The notes: generated by a model not told the origin, from the letters alone. A stretch of 52,064 nucleotides of DNA from Clostridia bacterium (GCA_900754695.1 CAAEDU010000044.1:1-52064); one strand, 5' to 3'. Positions 30,669 through 39,344 are shown, counted from the stretch's first letter. Program-made: numbers and translations.

Positions 30669-30700
30669 AAAAAAGGCAGCCTGCTCACGCAAAACTGCCG
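30669..30700 (-). terminator. Candidate leader terminator (attenuator) in the purE 5' UTR
   Basis: Minus strand GGCAG-N15-CTGCC followed by TTTTTT, 33 nt before the purE ATG. The duplicated TTTTGCGT segments allow alternative pairing with ACGCAA. Confidence 0.45.
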
Positions 30701-30812
30701 AATGTCACATTGCGTACGGACGCAAAATCCCCGCGACTGCCTGCCCCCGCTGGGAGCGGGACAGTATGCATCCTCTTACGAAAACCGCGCCGTACAAAAT
30801 TTGCATGGTCTT

Positions 30813-30841
30813 ATGATACACTATCGGGCATGCGATGTCAA
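30813..30841 (-). promoter_or_regulatory. pur operon promoter
   Basis: Minus strand TTGACA (30836-30841), 17 nt, TATCAT (30813-30818); leaves a leader of about 170 nt. Confidence 0.65.
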
Positions 30842-30938
30842 AAAGTTGAATACCCTTTTTTCAGGTTTTGGGCATACATTTTGGACATATTGTATATCAC
30901 GCGCGCGAGGGCACAATATAGTGTGCCCCCGCATTACT

Positions 30939-31026
30939 CTTTTAAGTCTCGTCCATCCGCCGCACGGGCGGTGGCGCTTTTGAGTCTCGTCTCCCCGCAC
31001 TCGCCGAGACGCTTGTAAGTCTCATA
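30939..31026. repeat. Three direct repeats CTTTTAAGTCTCGTC / CTTTTGAGTCTCGTC / CTTGTAAGTCTCATA
   Basis: Copies at 30939-30953, 30977-30991, 31012-31026 (spacing 38 and 35 nt), 100-190 nt upstream of the pur promoter. Confidence 0.6.
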
Positions 31027-31065
31027 TGGGCGGAACATTTGTTCATCCGCACCGATGGTGACAGT

Positions 31066-31707
31066 TCAGTCCCTGAGTTTCACCCCGCAGGACTCGCAGA
31101 ACTTCGCTCCGTCCGTGGTCACGGGAGCGCCGCATGCGGGACAATAGCGCGGGAGAGGCGACGCCTGCTCCTTTGCCATGCTGAGAGCCGCGGCGGACGG
31201 GAGCGCGAGCGCGATGAACTCGTCATACATCTCTTTTGCCTTTTCCTCGGAAAGTGAGAGCGATGTCTTTGCCACCACTTCGCCGACTATCTCATATCCC
31301 GGGAGCGCCCCGCCCTTGAGCAGGGAGCCGACGGTGATCTTCATCGCCTCGAAGGCGGGGACGGTCTGCACCGCCGCAAGGGAAGCTATGACCGTGGCGT
31401 CCTTTGCCGCGATCCTGTCCGCGAGCGCAACGAGCTGTGAATAGCGCGCACGCATTGTGAAGAGGAAAGGCATGGTCACGGCGCACGCGCCGAACACCGC
31501 AAAGGGGATGAAGATGTATTGCATGGTCTCGTTGCCGCCCCCGCTGCCCGCAGTCGCGCTGAGGGCGATGAAAGAGATGAATGCCGCAAAGATGACCAGC
31601 ACTCCGATGATGAGCACGACCGTGAAGACGGTCTTCCTCACCCGCACGTTTCCGCATTTTGTGACTGCTCCGACGGGACCCGCCGTATTCTTGATGTTTA
31701 TCTGCAT
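31066..31707 (-). CDS. Membrane protein with C-terminal zinc-ribbon
   Basis: 213 aa, 2-3 N-terminal TM helices, C-terminal CPACG...CESCG. AAGGAGAG RBS. Confidence 0.75.
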   Translation of the reverse strand: MQINIKNTAGPVGAVTKCGNVRVRKTVFTVVLIIGVLVIFAAFISFIALSATAGSGGGNETMQYIFIPFAVFGACAVTMPFLFTMRARYSQLVALADRIAAKDATVIASLAAVQTVPAFEAMKITVGSLLKGGALPGYEIVGEVVAKTSLSLSEEKAKEMYDEFIALALPSAAALSMAKEQASPLPRYCPACGAPVTTDGAKFCESCGVKLRD

Positions 31708-31860
31708 AAGCTCTCCTTATTTTTATGTTAGCACACCGAGACGGTTTTCGCAACGCCGCGCGGAAAGAATGTCGCTCCACACCTCCCTGCTGCGCACAAA
31801 CGCCGGAAGAATTGCTCCGCGGCAGGCTTGTATTATGCCGGACTGCATAAAATGTTTCCG

Positions 31861-31889
31861 TTGCTTTTCTACTCCCTTGGTGCTATAAT
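31861..31889 (+). promoter_or_regulatory. Promoter of the XRE regulator gene (leaderless or near-leaderless transcript)
   Basis: TTGCTT, 17 nt, TATAAT. The -10 ends 9 nt before the ATG at 31899, and there is no RBS. Confidence 0.55.
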
Positions 31890-31898
31890 ACCGATGTG

Positions 31899-32132
31899 AT
31901 GTACGCCGAGGAGAACAGAAACGTCCCCATCCAGGTGGCGGCGCGCATAAAGGAACTCATGAGGGAGAACAGTCTCACTCAGGTCGCGCTCGCCGAAAAA
32001 GTGGGACTGAGGCAGAACACGATCAGCGCGTGGCTGCTCGGCAAAAAGGAGCCGAGTATCCGCAGCCTGTGGCTGCTTGCGGACTACTTCAACGTCGACA
32101 TCGACTATCTTGTGGGCAGAAAAGACTACTGA
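31899..32132 (+). CDS. XRE-family helix-turn-helix transcriptional regulator
   Basis: 77 aa, HTH_3 pattern LTQVALAEKVGLRQNTISAWLLGKKEPS. A GTG at 31896 is an alternative start. Confidence 0.85.
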   Translation: MYAEENRNVPIQVAARIKELMRENSLTQVALAEKVGLRQNTISAWLLGKKEPSIRSLWLLADYFNVDIDYLVGRKDY

Positions 32133-32166
32133 TGTATCGTTTTTGTGCGCTTATCTTCACGCACTA

Positions 32167-32195
32167 TTGCATTCTCGGACGGCAAGTAGTATAAT
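32167..32195 (+). promoter_or_regulatory. Promoter of the esterase lipoprotein gene
   Basis: TTGCAT, 17 nt, TATAAT. Confidence 0.6.
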
Positions 32196-32230
32196 TAAAC
32201 TGCTTAAGGGATCGGCGGACGGAGGCATAT

Positions 32231-33364
32231 ATGAAAAGACCGTACGTCGTTATTTTCGTTCTCATCTTAACGCTCGCTCTTACGGCGGCTCTTCTTTCCG
32301 CATGCAACGACAAGCACACCCACACGGCGGACGTCGTATGCACCGTGTCCGAGCGCGAGGTGCTTCTGACCTATTCCTGCTCCTGCGGGGCGACCGCGTC
32401 TTCCCTCACCGCCGAGTTTACGGGGCGGACGGGCGAGACCGTGACCCTGTCCCCCGACGAGGAAGGTAGGATAAACTGCTCCACACTTTCGGGAGAGTTC
32501 GACGTCGCGGTCAAGCTCGACGGCACCGTGCTCTACGAGACGGACGCCGTTTTCAAGCCCTCAGTCTATAACACCGCCGTCGCGGGATACGATTACACCG
32601 AAGGGGATGAGATAAAGCACATCACCTACTACTCTTCCGTTGCGGGTGCGGACAAGCACGCCAACGTCGTCCTGCCTCCCGACTACGACCCCGAAAAGCG
32701 CTACCCCGTGCTATACCTTCTGCACGGGCTGATGAGCGACGAATATTCCTGGCTGGACGGAGTGTACGGCTTGCCCATGGGCGCGCAGTACATCGTGCAG
32801 AACGCCTGCTATTTCGACGGCACGCCGGAGATGATCGTGGTGTGCGTCAACAGCCTCGTCAACGCCACGGAGACGGAGCCCGAATGGAGCATGCTCCCGC
32901 CCTCCGCTCCGCCCGAACTCGCTGAGACCTATGACCTCACGGGCAGGGACATCGTGGAGTGCCTCATGCCCTACGTCAACTCTCACTACTCCACCTTGAC
33001 AGGCAAGGACAACACCGCCATCGCGGGCTACTCCATGGGCGGCAGAGAGGCGATGCTCACCGCGTTCGACTATCAGGACGTCTTCGGATGGGTGGGAGCG
33101 TTCTCCTCCGCCTCTTTCGGCGAAAACGTCGTCTCATCTTCGACCTACGTCCCCGATTTCACCCTCGACGAGGGCTCGGACGGCTTCCGCTATGTGCAGA
33201 TCACGGTGGGGATGCTGGACACCCTCGCCCCCGTGAGCAGCGGCATTTGCGACAAGCTGGATGCGATCGACGTGGAATACACCTATGAGAGCGTCTTCGG
33301 GATGCACGACCCCTCCGTGTGGCGCGGCGCGCTCAAGACCTTTGTGCAGAACATTTTCAGGTGA
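32231..33364 (+). CDS. Lipoprotein, putative esterase (esterase D / CE1-like alpha/beta hydrolase)
   Basis: 377 aa. Lipobox LLSAC, YPVLYLLHG, nucleophile elbow GYSMGG. Confidence 0.8.
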   Translation: MKRPYVVIFVLILTLALTAALLSACNDKHTHTADVVCTVSEREVLLTYSCSCGATASSLTAEFTGRTGETVTLSPDEEGRINCSTLSGEFDVAVKLDGTVLYETDAVFKPSVYNTAVAGYDYTEGDEIKHITYYSSVAGADKHANVVLPPDYDPEKRYPVLYLLHGLMSDEYSWLDGVYGLPMGAQYIVQNACYFDGTPEMIVVCVNSLVNATETEPEWSMLPPSAPPELAETYDLTGRDIVECLMPYVNSHYSTLTGKDNTAIAGYSMGGREAMLTAFDYQDVFGWVGAFSSASFGENVVSSSTYVPDFTLDEGSDGFRYVQITVGMLDTLAPVSSGICDKLDAIDVEYTYESVFGMHDPSVWRGALKTFVQNIFR

Positions 33365-33403
33365 TCGCGATATTTGAAAAAGGCGCGCAAAGCGCACCGC
33401 AAA

Positions 33404-33430
33404 AGCGCGGAGCGACCCTCCGCGCTTTTA
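33404..33430 (+). terminator. Terminator of the esterase gene
   Basis: AGCGCGGAG cgacc CTCCGCGCT then TTTTA. Confidence 0.7.
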
Positions 33431-33431
33431 T

Positions 33432-33474
33432 AAACATCCTGCCCGTGCATGTTGCACGGGCAGGATGTTTTTTA
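33432..33474. terminator. Bidirectional terminator (17-bp stem)
   Basis: AACATCCTGCCCGTGCA tgt TGCACGGGCAGGATGTT flanked by A and T runs; abuts the stop of the minus-strand hydrolase gene. Confidence 0.8.
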
Positions 33475-34434
33475 ATTCCGTTCGGATAGCTTAGAAAGTT
33501 CCGTTGAGAGCACGGCGCTCCATTTTTCGGGTTCTTCGATGTCGGGGGAATGGGCGGAGTCTTCAAACCACACCCAGGTCTTGGACGGGGCTTCGAGGGC
33601 TTCGAACCATTCCTGCGCGATGGCGGACGGGGTGTTGTAGTCGTGTCTGCCCTGCGTGATGACGACGGGGACGTCGAGGCGCTTTATCGCGCTCAGCCGC
33701 TGTCCCACCACGTCGGACCACATGACGTCAGAGAGATAGGTCGCGCCCTGCGCGTATTTCACGATGTCCGCGAGGGTGTATTCCTTTGTTTTGAGGAGGG
33801 GCATCAGCAGCCCTTTGACCAGTCCCTGTTTGCCGCGGTAGATGGCGCCGCCGTAGCGGGAGAGGCAGTCGCGCTGGGTCATCATGCTCTTGTTGTCGGG
33901 ATAGACTCCGTCCACGGGCGCGCCCTTTGCGAGCGCCGCGAGCGCTTTCTTGTCCCCGCGCTTTTTTGCCTCTTCCAGGCAGAAGCGGTAGGAGCCTTCC
34001 TCATTGCGGTCGCCGTCCACGAACTGCCCTTCTCCGACATAAGCGAAAAAGAGATCGGGGCGTTTGCTCACTGCGAGCACGCCGATGATGGAGCCCCAAC
34101 TGTGCCCGACGAGAGCGATCCTGCGCACGCGGAACCGTCCCGCGAGATACTCCGCGAGAAAGAGGATGTCATCCACATATTCCGACACCTTCGGGGTGCG
34201 CTTGCGGATGGCGGGGGTGTAGCTTTTGCCGCTCCCGCGCTGATCCCAGCACACGAGGGTGAACTTCTCGGCAAGGTCGGAGTGATAGCCCAGCACGTTG
34301 TGTCTGTCGCACACACCCGGTCCGCCGTGCACGAAAAGCACGACGGGCAAGCCCTCCTTCGCCGCGCGGATGCGGATGTTCTGTCTGTCACCGTTGATCT
34401 CGATGAATTCTTCCGTGTCGATGGCGTAAGTCAT
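33472..34434 (-). CDS. Alpha/beta hydrolase, proline iminopeptidase-like (S33)
   Basis: 320 aa, HGGPG and GHSWGS motifs. Confidence 0.8.
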   Translation of the reverse strand: MTYAIDTEEFIEINGDRQNIRIRAAKEGLPVVLFVHGGPGVCDRHNVLGYHSDLAEKFTLVCWDQRGSGKSYTPAIRKRTPKVSEYVDDILFLAEYLAGRFRVRRIALVGHSWGSIIGVLAVSKRPDLFFAYVGEGQFVDGDRNEEGSYRFCLEEAKKRGDKKALAALAKGAPVDGVYPDNKSMMTQRDCLSRYGGAIYRGKQGLVKGLLMPLLKTKEYTLADIVKYAQGATYLSDVMWSDVVGQRLSAIKRLDVPVVITQGRHDYNTPSAIAQEWFEALEAPSKTWVWFEDSAHSPDIEEPEKWSAVLSTELSKLSERN

Positions 34435-35748
34435 TCAAAGCTCCTTCATCAGTCCGTCGAGGACGGATTCTATCTTCTCGTTGCGCTTGGGCGCGGGACG
34501 GGCGATGAGCCTGCCGCCCGCAACGACTGCAACGGGGTCGCGCAAAGTCTCGAGACGCTCGACGGGGTTCTCGGCAAGGATGAGGATGTCCGCGCGTTTG
34601 CCTTCTTCGAGTGAGCCCACTTTGTCGCTCTGCCCGACCGCCGCCGCGCCGCCCATCGTCGCGGCATACAGCGCCGCTTTCGCGCCGAAACCGCCCAGTT
34701 TCGCGAAATAGATCACCTCGCGCCACATCCCCGTCTGCGTAGAGAAGGGGCAGGACGCGTCCGTGCCCATCGCCACCGTGATGCCGTGGGCGTAGGCGTC
34801 GCGGACGCATTGCGTCATCGCGTCAAGCACTATGCCGGAATTGAACCTGCGCACTTCGTCGAGTTTGGTGACCTCGGGAGGGAGTTTGTAGTAGGGATAA
34901 GCGGGAGTGTAAGTCGCCACCACCGCGCCGCCGCGGGCTTTCAGGGCGGCAGCCGCCTCCTCGCTCATGTGTGCGCCGTGTTCCACGGTGTCCACGCCGT
35001 TCAACGCCGCAAGTTCCACCCCTTTCGGGCTCTGGATGTGCGCCGCCACCCTCTTGCCGAGAGCGTGCGCTTTGTCACAGGCGGCTTTGATCTGCTCCGC
35101 CGTCATCTTGACTTCGCCCGGCTCGCCCTTCTTCTTGGCGTCCGTCACGCCGCCCGTGATGCAGATCTTGATGAGGTCGGCGCCGTTCTCCGCATTCTGC
35201 GCCGCGAGCGCCGCAAATTCCTCGGGCGTGGACGCGGTGAGCGCGAATGTACCGTCCCCGTGTCCGCCGGGAGCGGTGATGGCAGGCCCCGACACGATGA
35301 GGTCAAGTCCCGCCGCCTTGCCTTTGCCCTTTTTCAGCGCGTCGCGCACCGCGATGTCCGAGCCGCGGAAATCTCCCAGTCCCCTCAGCGTGGTCACGCC
35401 GGAGTTCAGCTCCTGCACGCAGGCAGAAGAGACCAGCATTTTCAGGACTGCCATCCCGAGGGGGCTGTGCACCAGTTTCAGCACCAGCTTCTGCGCGCCG
35501 CCGCCCGAGATGACTTTGCTGGGCGCGCCCGTGCCGAAGAGGTGGGCGTGCGCGTTGACGAGACCGGGCATCGCGAATTTGCCGGACGCGTCATACACGG
35601 CATACCCCGTCCTGTCCCCGCCTGCGGGCGCGACTTTCACGATCTTGCCGTCCTCAACAAAGATGTCCGTGTTCTTTACGAGCGCGCAGTCGGACTTGAC
35701 GTCGACCAGGGTGCAGTTTGCATATACCGTCTTTAAGTTCTTTTTCAT
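34435..35748 (-). CDS. Amidohydrolase-family metal-dependent hydrolase
   Basis: 437 aa from MKKNLKTVYANC (GAGAGGAAG RBS). HxH motif VNAHAHL. Its stop is directly adjacent to the downstream start. Confidence 0.8.
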   Translation of the reverse strand: MKKNLKTVYANCTLVDVKSDCALVKNTDIFVEDGKIVKVAPAGGDRTGYAVYDASGKFAMPGLVNAHAHLFGTGAPSKVISGGGAQKLVLKLVHSPLGMAVLKMLVSSACVQELNSGVTTLRGLGDFRGSDIAVRDALKKGKGKAAGLDLIVSGPAITAPGGHGDGTFALTASTPEEFAALAAQNAENGADLIKICITGGVTDAKKKGEPGEVKMTAEQIKAACDKAHALGKRVAAHIQSPKGVELAALNGVDTVEHGAHMSEEAAAALKARGGAVVATYTPAYPYYKLPPEVTKLDEVRRFNSGIVLDAMTQCVRDAYAHGITVAMGTDASCPFSTQTGMWREVIYFAKLGGFGAKAALYAATMGGAAAVGQSDKVGSLEEGKRADILILAENPVERLETLRDPVAVVAGGRLIARPAPKRNEKIESVLDGLMKEL

Positions 35749-35812
35749 ATCTTCCTCTCGAGCGCAGGCGTCGCGGTTGTCTCCCGCGGGAACGCCCGCC
35801 GCCCTCAACTCA

Positions 35813-35840
35813 ATTATACTACAACCGCCGCCAAGCGCAA
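35813..35840 (-). promoter_or_regulatory. Promoter of the amidohydrolase-peptidase operon
   Basis: Minus strand TTGCGC, 16 nt, TATAAT. Confidence 0.5.
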
Positions 35841-35926
35841 GCATTTCAAAAAATTTGCGCCCGCGCTCCGCACACGCGAAAGTTATATTTTTTTTTATGA
35901 AATTTTCAAAGTTGAAGAGCGCGTTA

Positions 35927-35955
35927 TTGACACTTCCGCCTCCCGATGTTATAGT
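35927..35955 (+). promoter_or_regulatory. Promoter of the truncated lipoprotein paralog
   Basis: TTGACA, 17 nt, TATAGT. The 5' UTR hairpin GCAAAGGC..GCCTTTGT is followed by CTTTT. Confidence 0.6.
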
Positions 35956-36016
35956 GTCGGCGTGGGCAAAGGCTTAAGAGGGCCTTTGTCCTTTTATCAA
36001 TTTTAAGGGGGCTTAT

Positions 36017-36352
36017 ATGGCCAAAAAGAAAATCATCGCTCTGTTCGTCATGGCGGCGCTGCTCGTCACGGCGGCTCTTCCCGTGCTCGTCGCGTGCAAC
36101 GACAAAGCGGACGTCACGGGCAAAGGCGTCGAAAGACCAGAGAACATCTTCACCGACGGCATCGACACCGTGGACTCCGACAACCTCGCCGCGGGAGCGC
36201 GGAAGACTACGCAGATCATGTCGGCTCCGTCAGAGTCTGACGCACTCTCAAATGACGTTATGCGCGCACCTTCGGGTGCGCGCTTTAATTTTCGGCACCT
36301 TGTCATTCGGCTTATTATTCTTATTCCGGGCTGGCATGCCAGACCGGAATAA
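36017..36352 (+). pseudogene. Truncated paralog of the downstream discoidin/GH18 lipoprotein (5' fragment only)
   Basis: The first 75-80 aa (lipobox LVAC, ..FTDGIDTVDSDNLAAGA..) parallel residues 1-80 of the 36634 gene (..FTNDLDTVDAENLAASA..). The frame then runs into a terminator hairpin and the repeat cluster. Confidence 0.55.
36262..36292 (+). terminator. Strong terminator inside the truncated paralog reading frame
   Basis: GCGCGCACC ttcg GGTGCGCGC then TTTAATTTT. Confidence 0.8.
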
Positions 36353-36430
36353 TACGAACCGGGTTCAGCGCCGCCGATTTCCGCCTGAACCGCGTCATTC
36401 GCCTTGCCAATACTATGCCAGCCCGGAATA
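36283..36430. repeat. Cluster B: three copies of the ATGCC-N5-GGAAT dyad motif in compound palindromic arrangement
   Basis: ATTCCGGGCTGGCAT (36323-36337, inverted), ATGCCAGACCGGAAT (36336-50) and ATGCCAGCCCGGAAT (36415-29). A 16-bp inverted repeat TATTCCGGGCTGGCAT flanks 77 bp. 12-bp palindrome CTGGCATGCCAG. AATTTTCGGCAC tail-like piece at 36288-36299. Confidence 0.7.
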
Positions 36431-36563
36431 TCTCACGGCACTCTTATTCGCACGCGAGCACCCGGTGCTCCCGCTTTCTTTGGGTTTTCCCGCGAGGCGC
36501 TGCCTTCGCGCATTTGAACTACCGAATGTCTGCCCGATATATCAGAACAAAATAAAAAAAATG

Positions 36564-36593
36564 TTGAAAACACCCCCCTTCCCGTGTTATCAT
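36564..36593 (+). promoter_or_regulatory. Promoter of the GH18 lipoprotein gene
   Basis: TTGAAA, 18 nt, TATCAT, A-rich tract upstream. Confidence 0.5.
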
Positions 36594-36633
36594 AAGTTGA
36601 ACCGCCGAGGCGGTACGCTTTTGGGAGCAGTCT

Positions 36634-38337
36634 ATGAAAAAGAAAAAACCGGTCGCAATGATCGCGGCGACGCTCGTTCTCCTGCTTGTCGCGGGAGCGC
36701 TTTTTGTCGCCTGCAACAAAGATGTCGGCGTCGGTTCGATGGGCGTCGAGCCTTACCCCGACAAGTTCACCAACGACCTCGACACCGTTGACGCCGAAAA
36801 CCTCGCGGCAAGCGCGCAAAACATCACGGCATCGAGCGCGGCGGACAGCGCGGGGAACGTCGCGGACGGCGACACCTCGACGGCATGGACGGCAGAAAGC
36901 ACCACCGGACAGTATATCGAGATCACACTTCCCTCGCCTACGGAGATCAACACTGTAGTCCTGCGCGAAAACGGCAACTACATCTCCGGTTTCAGCTTCG
37001 TCACCCCCGACGAGAACGGGGAATATCCGACAGACGGCTACGGCTATTTCGAGAATTTCTTTTACCGTCAGCAGGACAGGATCGAGCGTTACCGCTACTG
37101 CACTTTCGACGCGGTGGAAGTGACCACTTTCCGCATTTATTTTAACTACGTCGACGAAGGCAAGGAACTTTCGATGTCGGAAGTCGAAATCTACAATATT
37201 GCGCCAAAAGAATACACGCAGGACTTCCGCGTGTTCAACTACTACACTCCTCAGGATCTGCAGTACATGGAGACGGCAGACCTCCTTGATGATTTCAGGC
37301 ACGACACCATCACCGACGTCATTCTCATCTCCTTCGCTTTCTGGGACGAGAACGGCGGCATCGTCTATGCCGAGGATCCGAAAAACTACGATACGTCCGA
37401 CCCGGACTACGACCGCGAGACCGATCAGTTCCGCTTCGTCGGCGAGCATCCGGACCCTGACGGCTATTATGACGAAGCGATAGACAAGGTGCTCGCAGCC
37501 GTCGACGGATATGCGGCGGAAAGCGGCAGAAAGATCAACATCTGCATCGACTTCTATCCCAAAGACACTTCAAAACACGGCTTGCCCGCAAACGAGACGG
37601 CGCTTGTGCAAAGCATAAAACAGCTCATCGCCGACGACGACCGCGTGGACGGCATCGACATCGACTGGGAATATCCGACGAGCGCATACGAGTGGAAAGT
37701 GTACGGCGATATGCTGGTGGAAGCGCGCAAAATGCTGGACGCTTCCGGCAAGGACAAGTATATCTCCCTCGCCCTTTCCGCGGGCAGCGTCACCCTCACG
37801 CAAGAGCACATCGACGCGGTGGACTTCGTGCAGATGATGGCTTACGACCGCTTCGACATCATGGACGGCAACCACTCCTCCTTCCGCAGCGGAGCGTACT
37901 CCTCCATGCGTTACTTCGTCAACATCGGCTTCAAGCCCTCGCAGCTTGTCCTGGGCATCCCCCTCTACGGCAGACCGACGAGCTGGGACACCGTGTGGAC
38001 GAACTACGGCTACGGCGACACCGTCTATTCGACGCAGGGCAAAGACCCCTACACCTATTGGGACAACATCCAATGGCTCTATTATGACGGCACCAACCTC
38101 GACGGGAGCATAAAATACGACAACGAGTTCATGCAGGTGTGGGTGAACGGCGCAGCTCTCATCGCGGACAAGACCGCCTATGTCATCGAACAGGGCTTTG
38201 CGGGGGTCATGCTCTGGCGCGAGAGCACGGACTACGCATGGGACGCCGTGGACGGCAACGGAATGCCGCTCAGCGCATTAAGATCAATCTACGACACCGC
38301 CTGCGACAGGATCGTCGGATACGGCGAAAACGCATAA
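36634..38337 (+). CDS. Lipoprotein with discoidin (F5/8 type C)-like domain and glycoside hydrolase family 18 domain
   Basis: 567 aa. Lipobox FVAC, GDTSTAWT..YIEITL discoidin-like segment, GH18 catalytic motif DGIDIDWEYP. Confidence 0.88.
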   Translation: MKKKKPVAMIAATLVLLLVAGALFVACNKDVGVGSMGVEPYPDKFTNDLDTVDAENLAASAQNITASSAADSAGNVADGDTSTAWTAESTTGQYIEITLPSPTEINTVVLRENGNYISGFSFVTPDENGEYPTDGYGYFENFFYRQQDRIERYRYCTFDAVEVTTFRIYFNYVDEGKELSMSEVEIYNIAPKEYTQDFRVFNYYTPQDLQYMETADLLDDFRHDTITDVILISFAFWDENGGIVYAEDPKNYDTSDPDYDRETDQFRFVGEHPDPDGYYDEAIDKVLAAVDGYAAESGRKINICIDFYPKDTSKHGLPANETALVQSIKQLIADDDRVDGIDIDWEYPTSAYEWKVYGDMLVEARKMLDASGKDKYISLALSAGSVTLTQEHIDAVDFVQMMAYDRFDIMDGNHSSFRSGAYSSMRYFVNIGFKPSQLVLGIPLYGRPTSWDTVWTNYGYGDTVYSTQGKDPYTYWDNIQWLYYDGTNLDGSIKYDNEFMQVWVNGAALIADKTAYVIEQGFAGVMLWRESTDYAWDAVDGNGMPLSALRSIYDTACDRIVGYGENA

Positions 38338-38353
38338 CGGGAGGTTTAACGAC

Positions 38354-39322
38354 ATGAAACGCACACTTAAAACCGCAATTATCGCAATAGTATTGCTTGC
38401 AAGCCTCCTCGCATCCCTCTTTGCGCTCACCGCATGCAACGACGTCGCGTCGAATTATGTCTCCGCAAAAGAGGCATGGGACAGCGCCGCAAACAAGATG
38501 AGCACGGACTCCGGCACCCTCACCGCCACCGTGGGCACGGGGGACGCCGCTCTGCACCTGAACCTCGACCTCACGGGCAGGCGCGTCTACATCGGCGACA
38601 CCTTCAGCATCCGCTATGAGGTGACGGTCGTCGTCCCCGACGCGGACAAGATACAGACGGAAGATTCCACCCTCGACATCGCGAACATGCTCAAAGAGGG
38701 TATCGGCATCACCCTCACCGCGGAAAAGGGAGCGGACGGCGTCATCGACTTCTCGTTGCGAGGGAGCGGGCTACTCGCCATGGTCCTCAACCTCTCCTCA
38801 TCTTTCACGGAGGAGGATATGCACACGACCATCCCCGTGCTCGACCTTGCCGCCAACACTTTCTACGACCCCGAAGGCATGAGCGCGAACGGTGAGGAGT
38901 ATATCATCCCCGGCGACAGTTCCCTCAGGTGGATCCTGGATCAGGTCGCGCCCATCCTCGCCTACGGCGCGGGATACGACATCATGCCCATGATCTACGA
39001 CTGGGTGGACTTCGGCGACGTCACGGGCACCGTCACGTTCGATGACGGCAACTTCTCGACAATGACCACCTCGCAGGACATCGCGGGATTCATGCCCATC
39101 GAGGACGCCCTCTTCCTCGTCTACAACCTCGAGTTCTTCCCCATGACGCTGAAACAGCTTTTTGATGACAAAATGGTCAGCTTCACCGTCCTGGGCAGCA
39201 CGCTCACTCTGGACCTCAGAGAAGTCATCACGGACGGGATCCGCATAGAGGGCAACGTCTCGACCGCTGCGGAATACACCATCCTCCCGGACGACGCCAC
39301 AATGGAGAGCGTCCTCGGTTGA
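38354..39322 (+). CDS. Hypothetical lipoprotein
   Basis: 322 aa, lipobox ALTAC, no recognisable domain; 16 nt downstream of the GH18 gene. Confidence 0.7.
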   Translation: MKRTLKTAIIAIVLLASLLASLFALTACNDVASNYVSAKEAWDSAANKMSTDSGTLTATVGTGDAALHLNLDLTGRRVYIGDTFSIRYEVTVVVPDADKIQTEDSTLDIANMLKEGIGITLTAEKGADGVIDFSLRGSGLLAMVLNLSSSFTEEDMHTTIPVLDLAANTFYDPEGMSANGEEYIIPGDSSLRWILDQVAPILAYGAGYDIMPMIYDWVDFGDVTGTVTFDDGNFSTMTTSQDIAGFMPIEDALFLVYNLEFFPMTLKQLFDDKMVSFTVLGSTLTLDLREVITDGIRIEGNVSTAAEYTILPDDATMESVLG

Positions 39323-39344
39323 CGGCGCCGACATCTACGGCATG

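Noticed and set aside
30636-30812. Purine (guanine/adenine) or ZTP riboswitch upstream of purE
   Set aside because: I looked for the conserved cores on the minus strand (UAUAAU / UUUCUACC / CCGACUA; GGGUCGUGAC / CCGCCUGGGC) and none is present. The leader is reported as unassigned instead.
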